Assembly (NCBI GenBank): GCA_038128225.1
Contig: JAYPJF010000002.1
Span: forward strand, 39,451-103,450
DNA length: 64,000 bases
Reading direction: 5' to 3'
Source of the DNA: a bacterium
Lineage (GTDB): Bacteria; Patescibacteriota; Minisyncoccia; Phycocordibacterales; UBA2100
Shown one piece after another: positions 10,025 through 17,961 of this stretch. A model generated the notes under the pieces. The model had not been told where the DNA came from, did no database searches, and saw only the letters and a list, made by a program, of their open reading frames with translations. Both the position numbers and the translations under genes were made by a program. Within the stretch, counting starts at the first letter, position 1. Each line of letters starts with the position of its first letter.

Positions 10025-10552
10025 ATGAATAATCCTTGGATGTGGGTTTTGCTTATCATTATCGTTGGCATGTTCTTCTATTATCAAGGCGGTGCATTAT
10101 TTAACTCGCAGATGTCTGGCCCTGATACGCAGGCGACCACGACTGATGGGATGATAGAAGAAGACTCCGCAGCTTTTGAAGAAAAGCCCGCTGCCACCCC
10201 GGCAGCAACCGCCCCGCGCACGAGCACGCCGCAGCGACCGGCCGCGGCATCTGTTCCTGCGAATACTGTGTGGTATACCGACACAGGGTTCGTTCCGAAT
10301 CTTTTCGAGGTGCGCGCGGGTACGTCAATCACCTTTGTGAACAAGAGCAGCAAGACGATGCGTGTCACTTCGGACAAACAGTACACAGGCGCGGACCAGT
10401 ACTATCCTGAATTTGGGCAGACTTCGACCGTTGCCCCCGGCGGTACATTTGTATTCTTGTTCACTAAAACAGGTTCATGGGTGTACGCAAACCTCAACTA
10501 CCAACAGCATAAAGCGACCGTTGTCGTATTGCCGCAAAAACTTCAACAATAA
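10025..10552 (+). CDS. Membrane-anchored cupredoxin-like protein
   Basis: N-terminal TM, linker, GFVPxxxEVxAGTSITFVN...F.KTGSWVY. Confidence 0.65.
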   Translation: MNNPWMWVLLIIIVGMFFYYQGGALFNSQMSGPDTQATTTDGMIEEDSAAFEEKPAATPAATAPRTSTPQRPAAASVPANTVWYTDTGFVPNLFEVRAGTSITFVNKSSKTMRVTSDKQYTGADQYYPEFGQTSTVAPGGTFVFLFTKTGSWVYANLNYQQHKATVVVLPQKLQQ

Positions 10553-10569
10553 AAACCTAAGCACAAAAA

Positions 10570-10589
10570 GGGCGGCCCAGTGGCCGCCC
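10570..10589. terminator. GC hairpin between convergent genes
   Basis: GGGCGGCC-cagt-GGCCGCCC. Confidence 0.6.
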
Positions 10590-10595
10590 AGCAGA

Positions 10596-11087
10596 TCAAA
10601 TTCCGAAATACGCATCGAGCATTGTGAGAGTTTCTTCGATGCCCTCGTCGAGTGTATCGAAGATTGGTGCGTCGGGGTACCGCATGCGAAGCAGTCTCTT
10701 GATTGCTTCAGCGGCTTTGAGTGCATGACCACTGAGTTCGGTGGTGTCGATGACGATAACTGTTTTCCCCGGATGCTGCGCGAGCGTGATCGCTGCCTCA
10801 ACATACGAGTACGATGAATCCTCGTTTCCACCCTGTTTTGGGTCACCGATGTAGAACACATAGTGCGTTGCGTGCTCCTTTGCTTTATTTTCCTCAATCT
10901 CACGTTCCGCACCCCATTGACCAGGATTTACCTGTGGATTAAAAAAGTAACTAGAAAGTATGCCAGCCTCGGTCATCTCATCGAGAAACAGCAAGCGCCA
11001 GTAGTTGTTCCCGCACGTTCCTGCGAGGAAAACGAGCGGTTCTTTCCTCTTGCGACCGAAAAGTCCCTTCAGCATTGTGATCTCCAT
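10596..11087 (-). CDS. Nucleoside 2-deoxyribosyltransferase-like protein
   Basis: VFLAGTCGNNYWR, FFNPQV..W..E motifs; TTGACA-16-TAGAAT promoter; true start may be ATG 11075. Confidence 0.65.
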   Translation of the reverse strand: MEITMLKGLFGRKRKEPLVFLAGTCGNNYWRLLFLDEMTEAGILSSYFFNPQVNPGQWGAEREIEENKAKEHATHYVFYIGDPKQGGNEDSSYSYVEAAITLAQHPGKTVIVIDTTELSGHALKAAEAIKRLLRMRYPDAPIFDTLDEGIEETLTMLDAYFGI

Positions 11088-11162
11088 GACTGATATTCCG
11101 GCAGCATTCTACAATTGGTGTTCTTTTTGTCAAAGTTCGATAAATCTGTATACTGGGCCCAT

Positions 11163-11236
11163 TGCCGGATCGTCTAATGGTAGGACAGCAGCCTTTGAAG
11201 CTGTTTATCTTGGTTCGAATCCAAGTCCGGCAGCCA
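11163..11236 (+). tRNA. tRNA-Gln (TTG)
   Basis: TGCCGGA/TCCGGCA acceptor stem, GCAGC-CT-TTG-AA-GCTGT anticodon arm, GGTTCGAATCC T-arm, encoded CCA. Confidence 0.97.
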
Positions 11237-11266
11237 GTTTGAGATAGGTTCGGACTCCGAGGAGCA
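11231..11266 (+). repeat. Left-end repeat A, copy 1 (overlaps tRNA 3' end)
   Basis: CAGCCAGTTTGAGATAGGTTCGGAcTCCGAGGAGCA; 35/36 identical to 12631..12666. Confidence 0.95.
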
Positions 11267-11301
11267 TCCTATTTATATAGTTTTTAAAAAGTAATAAAAT
11301 T

Positions 11302-11490
11302 ATGGATATGCAAAATTTATCATGGATATTTGATGGAATTGGCACAGCGGGAGTAACTTTCGTACTCGGCTTACTGGTCGGTGGTACTGCTGGTTATAAA
11401 ATTGCGATCAGGAAAACTATAAAACAAAAGCAAAAAGCTGGCGATAATTCTAGTCAGTTCCAGATCGGTGAGATTAAAAATGACCGATAA
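11302..11490 (+). CDS. Small TM protein with C-terminal QKAGDNSSQFQIG motif
   Basis: WIFDGIG plus a Gly-rich hydrophobic helix; overlaps the start of the next gene. Confidence 0.8.
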   Translation: MDMQNLSWIFDGIGTAGVTFVLGLLVGGTAGYKIAIRKTIKQKQKAGDNSSQFQIGEIKNDR

Positions 11491-12535
11491 ACAGACACAA
11501 AAAGCTGGCGACAATTCTCAACTTATCCAAGCAGGGACTGTTATTGTTGGTATTGATGAAAAAAGAGCACGCGAAATTGTTGATGAGAAATTAAATTCGG
11601 TCTTAAAGAGTTTTACGGCAGAAGCAACGGAAGAAGCAAATAAACGAAATAGGCTTTTCGAAGACTCACTCATTCCAAGAATGATTAAAGAAAATGCTCT
11701 GTCGGCTTTTTCAGACCCTTCATTTCAAATGCTACTTATTGAAGCACAAAAAAGAGCAGCTTCAACCGAAAGAAAAGAGGATTATGATTTACTTTCAGAA
11801 TTGATGGTTCATCGTTTTGAAAAAGGTTCTAATAGGACTATTAGGGCAGGTATTTCCAGAGCAGTTGAGATTGTGGATCAAATCTCAGATGAAGCACTGC
11901 TTGCAATAACTGTCTTTCATTCGGTTGCACAGTTTGTACCTGTTACAGGTAATATGTCAGATGGCTTACAGGTCTTAGATGGTTTATTTAGTAAGGTTAT
12001 TTATGGCACTTTACCCACAAATGATAGTTGGCTTGATCATCTAGATATTCTAGATGCTATAAGAGTAACTACCTTTGGAAGTACTAAGTTATTGGAAGAC
12101 TATTGGTATGAACAATTTGATGGATATGTAAAAAATGGAATTGAAGAAAATCACGAAAAACATACCGAAGCAAAAGAGTTGCTAGTAAAAGCTCGTCTCG
12201 ACCAAAACTCTTTGGTGAAAAATCCATTTAATGAAAAATATGTAAAACTTTTAGTATTAAACAAACGCCGAATACCAAAGCTTACTTTTGTAAGTGGTCA
12301 CTCGATCACTGATGATGAAAAAGATGCTCTTGAAAAGATATACGACTTATATGATGGCACTTCAATGTCTAAAGAAGATTTTATTAAAGAAATAGAAAAA
12401 TACCCTAATCTTAAAAAACTTCGGGAATGGTGGAATAAGTTGAACAAACAATCAATTCAAATTACCTCTGTTGGTAGAGTCTTGGCTCATTCTAACGCTC
12501 AACGAGTCGATAAAACTCTACCGCCGCTCGATTAA
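11480..12535 (+). CDS. LPO_1073/Vpar_1526-like protein (possibly Abi-alpha/DUF2806-like)
   Basis: N-terminal QKAGDNSQLIQAG..GIDEKRAREI, DPSFQ..L..AQK.AA, C-terminal ITSVGRVLA; family recognised from memory; AT-rich. Confidence 0.65.
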   Translation: MTDKQTQKAGDNSQLIQAGTVIVGIDEKRAREIVDEKLNSVLKSFTAEATEEANKRNRLFEDSLIPRMIKENALSAFSDPSFQMLLIEAQKRAASTERKEDYDLLSELMVHRFEKGSNRTIRAGISRAVEIVDQISDEALLAITVFHSVAQFVPVTGNMSDGLQVLDGLFSKVIYGTLPTNDSWLDHLDILDAIRVTTFGSTKLLEDYWYEQFDGYVKNGIEENHEKHTEAKELLVKARLDQNSLVKNPFNEKYVKLLVLNKRRIPKLTFVSGHSITDDEKDALEKIYDLYDGTSMSKEDFIKEIEKYPNLKKLREWWNKLNKQSIQITSVGRVLAHSNAQRVDKTLPPLD

Positions 12536-12543
12536 AAATTGTT

Positions 12544-12634
12544 ATTCCGAGGAGCGTCGAAATGGTAGACTAAAAAGCGTCAGGAAAGCCTTGTAGGGCT
12601 TGATGGGTAAATTTACGAGACCGAAGAGACCAGC
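12544..12634 (+). repeat. Right-end repeat R, copy 1 (91 bp)
   Basis: First 40 bp identical to 12958..12997; 76/91 identical ungapped by hand count. Confidence 0.95.
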
Positions 12635-12666
12635 CAGTTTGAGATAGGTTCGGATTCCGAGGAGCA
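12631..12666 (+). repeat. Left-end repeat A, copy 2
   Basis: CAGCCAGTTTGAGATAGGTTCGGAtTCCGAGGAGCA. Confidence 0.95.
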
Positions 12667-12711
12667 GAGGAAAAGTGATATATTGCGGCCACTTTTGTTT
12701 ATATTCTACCT

Positions 12712-12930
12712 ATGAGTAAATATGATCCACTGTGGAAGTTCATTCGAAGGAAAGGCAGCCCATCACTCACGCTGACGTTCGACGAAATACATAAGATTGC
12801 AGGAGTCAAATTGGATCATTCGTTTCTGAACTACAAAAAGGAGTTGCTTGAATATGGGTATCAAGTCGGGAAGATTTCTTTGAAAAAACATACAGTACTA
12901 TTCTCTGTGGCAAAGAAGCAAAGAAAATAA
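12712..12930 (+). CDS. Small conserved hypothetical protein (DUF7662-like)
   Basis: MSKYDPLW...LTFDEI..IAG..LDHSFL; sole cargo of cassette 2. Confidence 0.7.
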   Translation: MSKYDPLWKFIRRKGSPSLTLTFDEIHKIAGVKLDHSFLNYKKELLEYGYQVGKISLKKHTVLFSVAKKQRK

Positions 12931-12957
12931 TTGAGGGGTTAATGTCGCATTTTGATC

Positions 12958-13048
12958 ATTCCGAGGAGCGTCGAAATGGTAGACTAAAAAGCGTCAGAGA
13001 AACCTTGCGGGGCTTTATGGAGATTTATCCGAATCCGAAGAGGCCAGC
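12958..13048 (+). repeat. Right-end repeat R, copy 2 (91 bp)
   Basis: ATTCCGAGGAGCGTCGAAATGGTAGACTAAAAAGCGTCAG...CCGAAGAGGCCAGC. Confidence 0.95.
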
Positions 13049-13112
13049 TGGCTAAAAATCTAAGCGATGTGATCGTCTTGGGTGTTCAGTTACTCGAAGT
13101 AATGATAGGCGT

Positions 13113-14576
13113 ATGGGGAAAGAAGAAGCACTAATCCGATTCGAAGATGTTTCGTTTGAATACAGTTCTACAAAACCAATACTCCACGAGGTAAATTTTG
13201 CGGTACGCCGTGGCATGAAGTTGGCCATCATGGGCCAGAACGGCGCCGGAAAGAGCACCATCTTGTCTTTAATTACTGGCGAACACATGCCTGAGTCGGG
13301 ATCGATTCATACACAGTCGCACCTTTTGATAGCAACTGCAAAGCAAGTGATACCGCGCGATCAGTTAGACCTTACGGTCCGAGAGTTTTTTGAAAAATGC
13401 TTTGTCGAAAAAATATACAATATTGATCCGCGTATCAACGAAGTGTTAGACATCGTGCATCTGACAGCACCGCACGATCGCATTGTCCGGTCATTTTCGG
13501 GTGGCCAGCAGGCTCGACTTTTGCTTGCCTCGGCATTGATCCAAGACCCCGACCTTCTTCTGCTTGATGAGCCGACAAATAACCTCGATGCGGCCGGTGT
13601 CGAACATCTCACAAAGTTTCTCGTCGAGTACACCAAGACCGTCATAGTTATTTCGCACGATACGGAATTTTTGAACGCGTTTACGCACGGCGTGTTGTAT
13701 CTCGACGTTCACACGCGACAAGTGGAGCGGTATCCCGGCAATTACCACACGGTTCTCCGGCACATCGCTGCACGCATCGAAACAGAAAACCGCAAGAACG
13801 CTCAACTCGCTAAAGAGATCCAAGCAAACAAAGACAAAGCAAACTTTTTCGCACAGAAAGGTGGCAAGATGCGCTTGGTCGCAAAGAAAATGCGTACCAA
13901 GGCGGAGGAGATGGAAGAGGAAAAAGTGAATGTTAAAAAAGAAGATCGAACGATCCGTGCATTCACAATTCCGGTGCAGGAAGATCTACCAATCGAAATC
14001 GTCAGAATCAGCTCAGTGACAGTGATTAAGGACCACACTCCGAGGCATAAAAAAGTCGTGCTGCGACTGAAAAAAAACCAACACCTGCTCCTCAAAGGTC
14101 CGAACGGTATCGGGAAATCTACCTTGTTACAATCGATTGTCGATCGTACTGCGCGAGGCGTGACGGTGCCGGGTGAAGTGCGGGTCGGCTACTATCGTCA
14201 GGATTTTTCGACACTTGATTTCGAAATGACTGTTTTTGAATCACTCATGTCGGTACAGAAAGTCAAAAACGAAGAAGCGATGCGCGCAACTGCCGCAGGG
14301 CTCCTCCTTACTGCGGATATCATGCAGGCGAAAGTGGGAAACCTCTCGGAAGGTCAAAAAGGACTCTTGTCATTCGCGCGACTTATTATTGAACGTCCCG
14401 GCCTTCTTATTCTCGACGAACCAACCAACCATATCAATTTTCGCCACGTTCCTGTCATCGCGAAAGCACTCGATACTTATCAGGGTGCCTTGATTCTCGT
14501 CTCACACGTTCCAGAGTTTGTAGCACAGATTCGCATCGACGAAACTCTTGATTTGGGAAAGCTGGTGTCACAATGA
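13113..14576 (+). CDS. ABC-F family ATPase
   Basis: Two NBDs (GQNGAGKS/FSGGQ/LDEPTNNLD; GPNGIGKS/LSEGQ/LDEPTNH); no TM segments. Confidence 0.92.
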   Translation: MGKEEALIRFEDVSFEYSSTKPILHEVNFAVRRGMKLAIMGQNGAGKSTILSLITGEHMPESGSIHTQSHLLIATAKQVIPRDQLDLTVREFFEKCFVEKIYNIDPRINEVLDIVHLTAPHDRIVRSFSGGQQARLLLASALIQDPDLLLLDEPTNNLDAAGVEHLTKFLVEYTKTVIVISHDTEFLNAFTHGVLYLDVHTRQVERYPGNYHTVLRHIAARIETENRKNAQLAKEIQANKDKANFFAQKGGKMRLVAKKMRTKAEEMEEEKVNVKKEDRTIRAFTIPVQEDLPIEIVRISSVTVIKDHTPRHKKVVLRLKKNQHLLLKGPNGIGKSTLLQSIVDRTARGVTVPGEVRVGYYRQDFSTLDFEMTVFESLMSVQKVKNEEAMRATAAGLLLTADIMQAKVGNLSEGQKGLLSFARLIIERPGLLILDEPTNHINFRHVPVIAKALDTYQGALILVSHVPEFVAQIRIDETLDLGKLVSQ

Positions 14577-14801
14577 TCGGTATTAAGAACCAGGAACGTG
14601 GTCCTGGATCCTCATCGGGGATCAACCCAGTTTTACAGATCTCCTTGCACGCACAACAAGATGTCAAACAGCGCACTTTAGCGCAATGGAGGTAGGGAAA
14701 GCGAAGAAGCATCGGCTTGAAATAGGGTCCGCGCCCAGATATTGACATGTCCTAATATACGTGATCTGATTACCGCAGACCATGTTCGAGAGGAGGTGAT
14801 T

Positions 14802-15458
14802 ATGAAAGCGGTTTTTATAGACGGACCGTCCTTATATCATTTGGGGCGGGTACTCGGCATTGCGCAATTTGATCTTTCTGCACTCAAAAAGTTTCTAACA
14901 GAAAGTACGGGGGAAGAGAAGGAGCTTGTGCAACCCATCTTTGTTACCGTGACAGCGGTGATGGGAAAAGGAGCAGCTTACGCATGGAGAGCCGCCGGTT
15001 TCGACGTTCTCGAAACCGTGAGCACCGGTAGCATTGACGACCAGGAGCTCATTAAAAAAATCGCCGCGCTCGACCCTGACAAGGTCAGCGAGGTAGTCTT
15101 GGTAAGTACGGATCAAGATTATCTCACGGTCCTCCGTCAAAAGGCTTCCCAAGGGCTCAGTGTGTGCTGGGTTGGGTCCCTCGTGAAGGGGGGAAACAAC
15201 ACCCCGTTGATGAGCACGAGTCTAAAACCCCTTTTGGGTTCGGAGTTCGACTTCGTCGATCTAGAACCTCATAAAGAGAAACTCATGCTCGTGCCAAAAA
15301 AAATGCCGCCGGTGCCTAACCCCGATGCGCCTAACAACAGGCATATGAAGATTGAATTGATCGGACCGATTGGACCTAAAGAGCGCAATACGTTTCTTCG
15401 GGCACTTGATCGAGTCCTCACAGAAAATCCTCGCCTGAGGTACAAGATTGAGGGTTAA
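14802..15458 (+). CDS. NYN/LabA-DUF88 (PIN-like) domain protein
   Basis: AVFIDGPSL, DD, LVSTDQDY; GGAGGTG SD; TTGACA at 14742. Confidence 0.75.
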   Translation: MKAVFIDGPSLYHLGRVLGIAQFDLSALKKFLTESTGEEKELVQPIFVTVTAVMGKGAAYAWRAAGFDVLETVSTGSIDDQELIKKIAALDPDKVSEVVLVSTDQDYLTVLRQKASQGLSVCWVGSLVKGGNNTPLMSTSLKPLLGSEFDFVDLEPHKEKLMLVPKKMPPVPNPDAPNNRHMKIELIGPIGPKERNTFLRALDRVLTENPRLRYKIEG

Positions 15459-15472
15459 GGGTTCGGCTTTCT

Positions 15473-15500
15473 GCCCCGGCATACACTGCTGGGGCTTTTC
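15473..15500 (+). terminator. Intrinsic terminator
   Basis: GCCCCGGCA-tacac-TGCTGGGGC followed by TTTT. Confidence 0.75.
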
Positions 15501-15540
15501 ATTTCAAAAATAACCACAACAGCCAAGATAAAATTTTATG

Positions 15541-15567
15541 CATGAGTTTGCTCAAAATAAACTCATG
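15541..15567. promoter_or_regulatory. Operator-like inverted repeat
   Basis: CATGAGTTT-N9-AAACTCATG upstream of the -10 box of 15600. Confidence 0.4.
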
Positions 15568-15599
15568 ATTTCTACACAATACACTGTATACTAGACACT

Positions 15600-15941
15600 A
15601 TGAAAAAATATCTAGCGGTTTTTGTGGCACCCATTGAAGCGTACGATGCGATGAAAACTACGATGAAAAACAGGACTGCAGAAGATCGGCAAAAAGAAAT
15701 GGACGCATGGATGCGGTGGATGAAAATACATGAAGGAAATATTGTGGATCATGGCGGCGGCGTAGGTGCAGCAAAGAGAGTTTCGGAAGGCGGTGAAATT
15801 ACTGATGTGCGTAATGAGATTGGTGGCTACATGATTATTCAAGCAGGAAGTGCTGATGAAGCGGCGGCCATTTTTACGGACAGCCCGCATTTTGGTGTCG
15901 AGGGTGGGGCGATCGAGGTAATGGAAATTATTGACATGTAA
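15600..15941 (+). CDS. YciI/YCII-related protein
   Basis: WxxW, IGGYMIIQAxSxDEA, SPH, IEVxEI. Confidence 0.75.
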   Translation: MKKYLAVFVAPIEAYDAMKTTMKNRTAEDRQKEMDAWMRWMKIHEGNIVDHGGGVGAAKRVSEGGEITDVRNEIGGYMIIQAGSADEAAAIFTDSPHFGVEGGAIEVMEIIDM

Positions 15942-15956
15942 ATAGTAGTAAAACGT

Positions 15957-16355
15957 ATGGTTAAGAAAAACGAGGTGAAATACGTGGACGGGTTTGTGCT
16001 TGTGATTGCGAAAAATAAGGTGGCAGCATACCGCAAGATGGCGAGCGAGGCGGGCACATTTTGGATGAAGCATGGGGCGCTCGGGTACAAAGAGTGTATC
16101 GGTGACGATCTTAAGCCGAACACTGGTGGGTTTCCGATACTTCTTTTCCCAACATTGGTGAAGTTGAAACCGACTGAAACAGTGTGGTTTTCATATATCG
16201 AATATAAATCGAAAGCGCATCGCAATTCGGTAAACAAAAAAGTGATGAAGGAAATGGAGAAGGCGCAAAAGAAAAACCCCGATCATATGAAAGACATGCC
16301 GTTTGATATGAAGCGCATGTCATTTGGTGGATTTAACGTCGAAGTCGGGTATTAG
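15957..16355 (+). CDS. DUF1428 (YbaA-like) protein
   Basis: YVDGFVL, HGALGYKEC, VWFSYIEYKS, MPFDMKRMSFGGF. Confidence 0.9.
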   Translation: MVKKNEVKYVDGFVLVIAKNKVAAYRKMASEAGTFWMKHGALGYKECIGDDLKPNTGGFPILLFPTLVKLKPTETVWFSYIEYKSKAHRNSVNKKVMKEMEKAQKKNPDHMKDMPFDMKRMSFGGFNVEVGY

Positions 16356-16417
16356 TCTCGCTCTTGCGTCTTGCGGCGTGACTTTGGCGGCGCTTGTTTC
16401 ATTGCTATACTGCGCTC

Positions 16418-16990
16418 ATGAAGAAGAGCACTCGCGGCTTAGCCGCATTGTGGATACTTATTGGCATTGTCGTTGTGGCGGCACTCTATGTTGCTGTGAC
16501 GTACAACTCACTCGTGCGCACAAACGAGAGCGTGGATGCGCAGTGGGCACAGGTTGAAACACAGTATCAGCGACGCCTTGATCTTATTCCTAATCTGGTT
16601 TCGAGTGTACGGGGCGTACTCACCCAAGAGCAAGAAGTTTTTGGACGGATTGCCGATGCGCGCACTAGATACGCAGGTGCACAAACAGTAGAAGAACGTG
16701 TGCAAGCAGTGGGTGAAGTAGAATCAGCACTCGCACGTCTTCTGGTGGTGATGGAAAATTATCCGCAGTTGCGTTCGGTGGAAGCGGTACAGAGTCTCAT
16801 GGCGGAATTGGCTGGAACGGAAAATCGTATTTCAGTGGAGCGTGGAAGATATAACGAGATTGTTCGTGATTACAACGTGTCGGTAAAAACATTTCCCGGC
16901 GCATTAACCGCGTCGCTATTTGGCTTTGAGCCGCGCACCATGTTTGAATCTGTAGAAGGGGCAGCTGTTCCTCCGTCAGTAGAACTATAG
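16418..16990 (+). CDS. lemA: LemA family protein
   Basis: YNSLV, QRRLDLIPNLV, ENYPQL, ENRISVERxRYN. Confidence 0.95.
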   Translation: MKKSTRGLAALWILIGIVVVAALYVAVTYNSLVRTNESVDAQWAQVETQYQRRLDLIPNLVSSVRGVLTQEQEVFGRIADARTRYAGAQTVEERVQAVGEVESALARLLVVMENYPQLRSVEAVQSLMAELAGTENRISVERGRYNEIVRDYNVSVKTFPGALTASLFGFEPRTMFESVEGAAVPPSVEL

Positions 16991-16992
16991 TC

Positions 16993-17874
16993 ATGAAGCA
17001 CGTACTCGTGCTTTTAGGGTTTTTGCTTTTGCCGAGCTTCGCGCTGGCGTACGTATCGCCCGGAACTCCCGGCGGGTATGTAAATGACTTTGCCGGAGTC
17101 CTCACGGAGGAAACGCGAACACATCTAGAAGAAACACTTCTCGCATACAGCGCTTCGACAACCAACGAAATTGCGGTGGTTACCGTGCGCTCACTTGAGG
17201 GAGATTACATTGAGCACTACGCGGTCGAGCTTTTCGAAGAATGGGGAATCGGTAAAGAAAAAAGTGACAACGGCGTACTACTGTTGCTGGCGATCGAGGA
17301 CAGGGCGGTGCGGATCGAAGTCGGGTACGGACTTGAAGGCGCGATCCCGGACAGTGTCGCCGATCGCATTATTCGCGAAGAAATGATCCCGTTACTTAAA
17401 GAGAGTGCGTATGGTATGGCGGTCAGTAATGCTGTCGCGCGCCTTCAGGAAGCTGCGGCAGGTGAGTATCAGGCAAAGCCAGATGTTGGCTTCTCGTTCA
17501 CATTTTCCGATACATTTATTGCGGTGTTTATTTTTGTGACGCTTGTCGTGCAATGGATCGCTTCGATTTTGGCACGCACCAAGTCGTGGTGGCTCGGCGG
17601 CATCGTAGGTGCGGCCGTTGGAGTACTGGTGAGTACGTTGTTTTCTTGGTGGGTCTTGCTTGGGGGCGTTGTTACGGTAGGGTTATTTTTATTTGGGCTT
17701 TTTCTTGATTTTGTTGTTTCGAGTACCTATTCGCATAGTAAAAAATATAATGTAAGTCCGCCGTGGTGGGCGGGCGGTTCGAGTGGCGGGAGTTTTGGGG
17801 GTAGCTCAGGAGGAGGTTTTGGGGGGTTTGGTGGCGGGTCTTCAGGAGGAGGCGGTGCTTCAGGAAGTTGGTAG
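16993..17874 (+). CDS. TPM-domain membrane protein
   Basis: YVNDFAGVL, WGIG..DNGVLL, RIEVGYGLEG, Gly-rich tail GGGASGSW. Confidence 0.93.
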   Translation: MKHVLVLLGFLLLPSFALAYVSPGTPGGYVNDFAGVLTEETRTHLEETLLAYSASTTNEIAVVTVRSLEGDYIEHYAVELFEEWGIGKEKSDNGVLLLLAIEDRAVRIEVGYGLEGAIPDSVADRIIREEMIPLLKESAYGMAVSNAVARLQEAAAGEYQAKPDVGFSFTFSDTFIAVFIFVTLVVQWIASILARTKSWWLGGIVGAAVGVLVSTLFSWWVLLGGVVTVGLFLFGLFLDFVVSSTYSHSKKYNVSPPWWAGGSSGGSFGGSSGGGFGGFGGGSSGGGGASGSW

Positions 17875-17961
17875 TGGTCAGTGAAAGGTGAGCCAAGCTC
17901 TTGAAAGAGTGTGGTATTAGTAACTTTCTCTTCTCTGGTGCGTCGTTGTTATACTGGCCAT

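Larger units (their letters stand above)
11231..13048. mobile_element. tRNA-Gln-anchored island of two repeat-flanked cassettes
   Basis: A-cargo1-R-A-cargo2-R arrangement; AT-rich cargo; no integrase in the window. Confidence 0.7.

Noticed and set aside
12544-12666. Second functional tRNA
   Set aside because: D- and T-like motifs exist, but there is no acceptor stem, conserved anticodon arm or correct spacing.
11231-13048. CRISPR array interpretation of the repeats
   Set aside because: There are only two copies of each repeat, the spacers are gene-sized and unequal, and no cas genes are present.
14577-14741. Structured RNA or small antisense ORF after ABC-F
   Set aside because: Two short hairpins and a minus-strand TTGACA are present, but there is no clear -10, terminator or convincing ORF.
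17770-17874. G-rich repeat at the end of the TPM gene
   Set aside because: This is the normal Gly-rich tail of the family.
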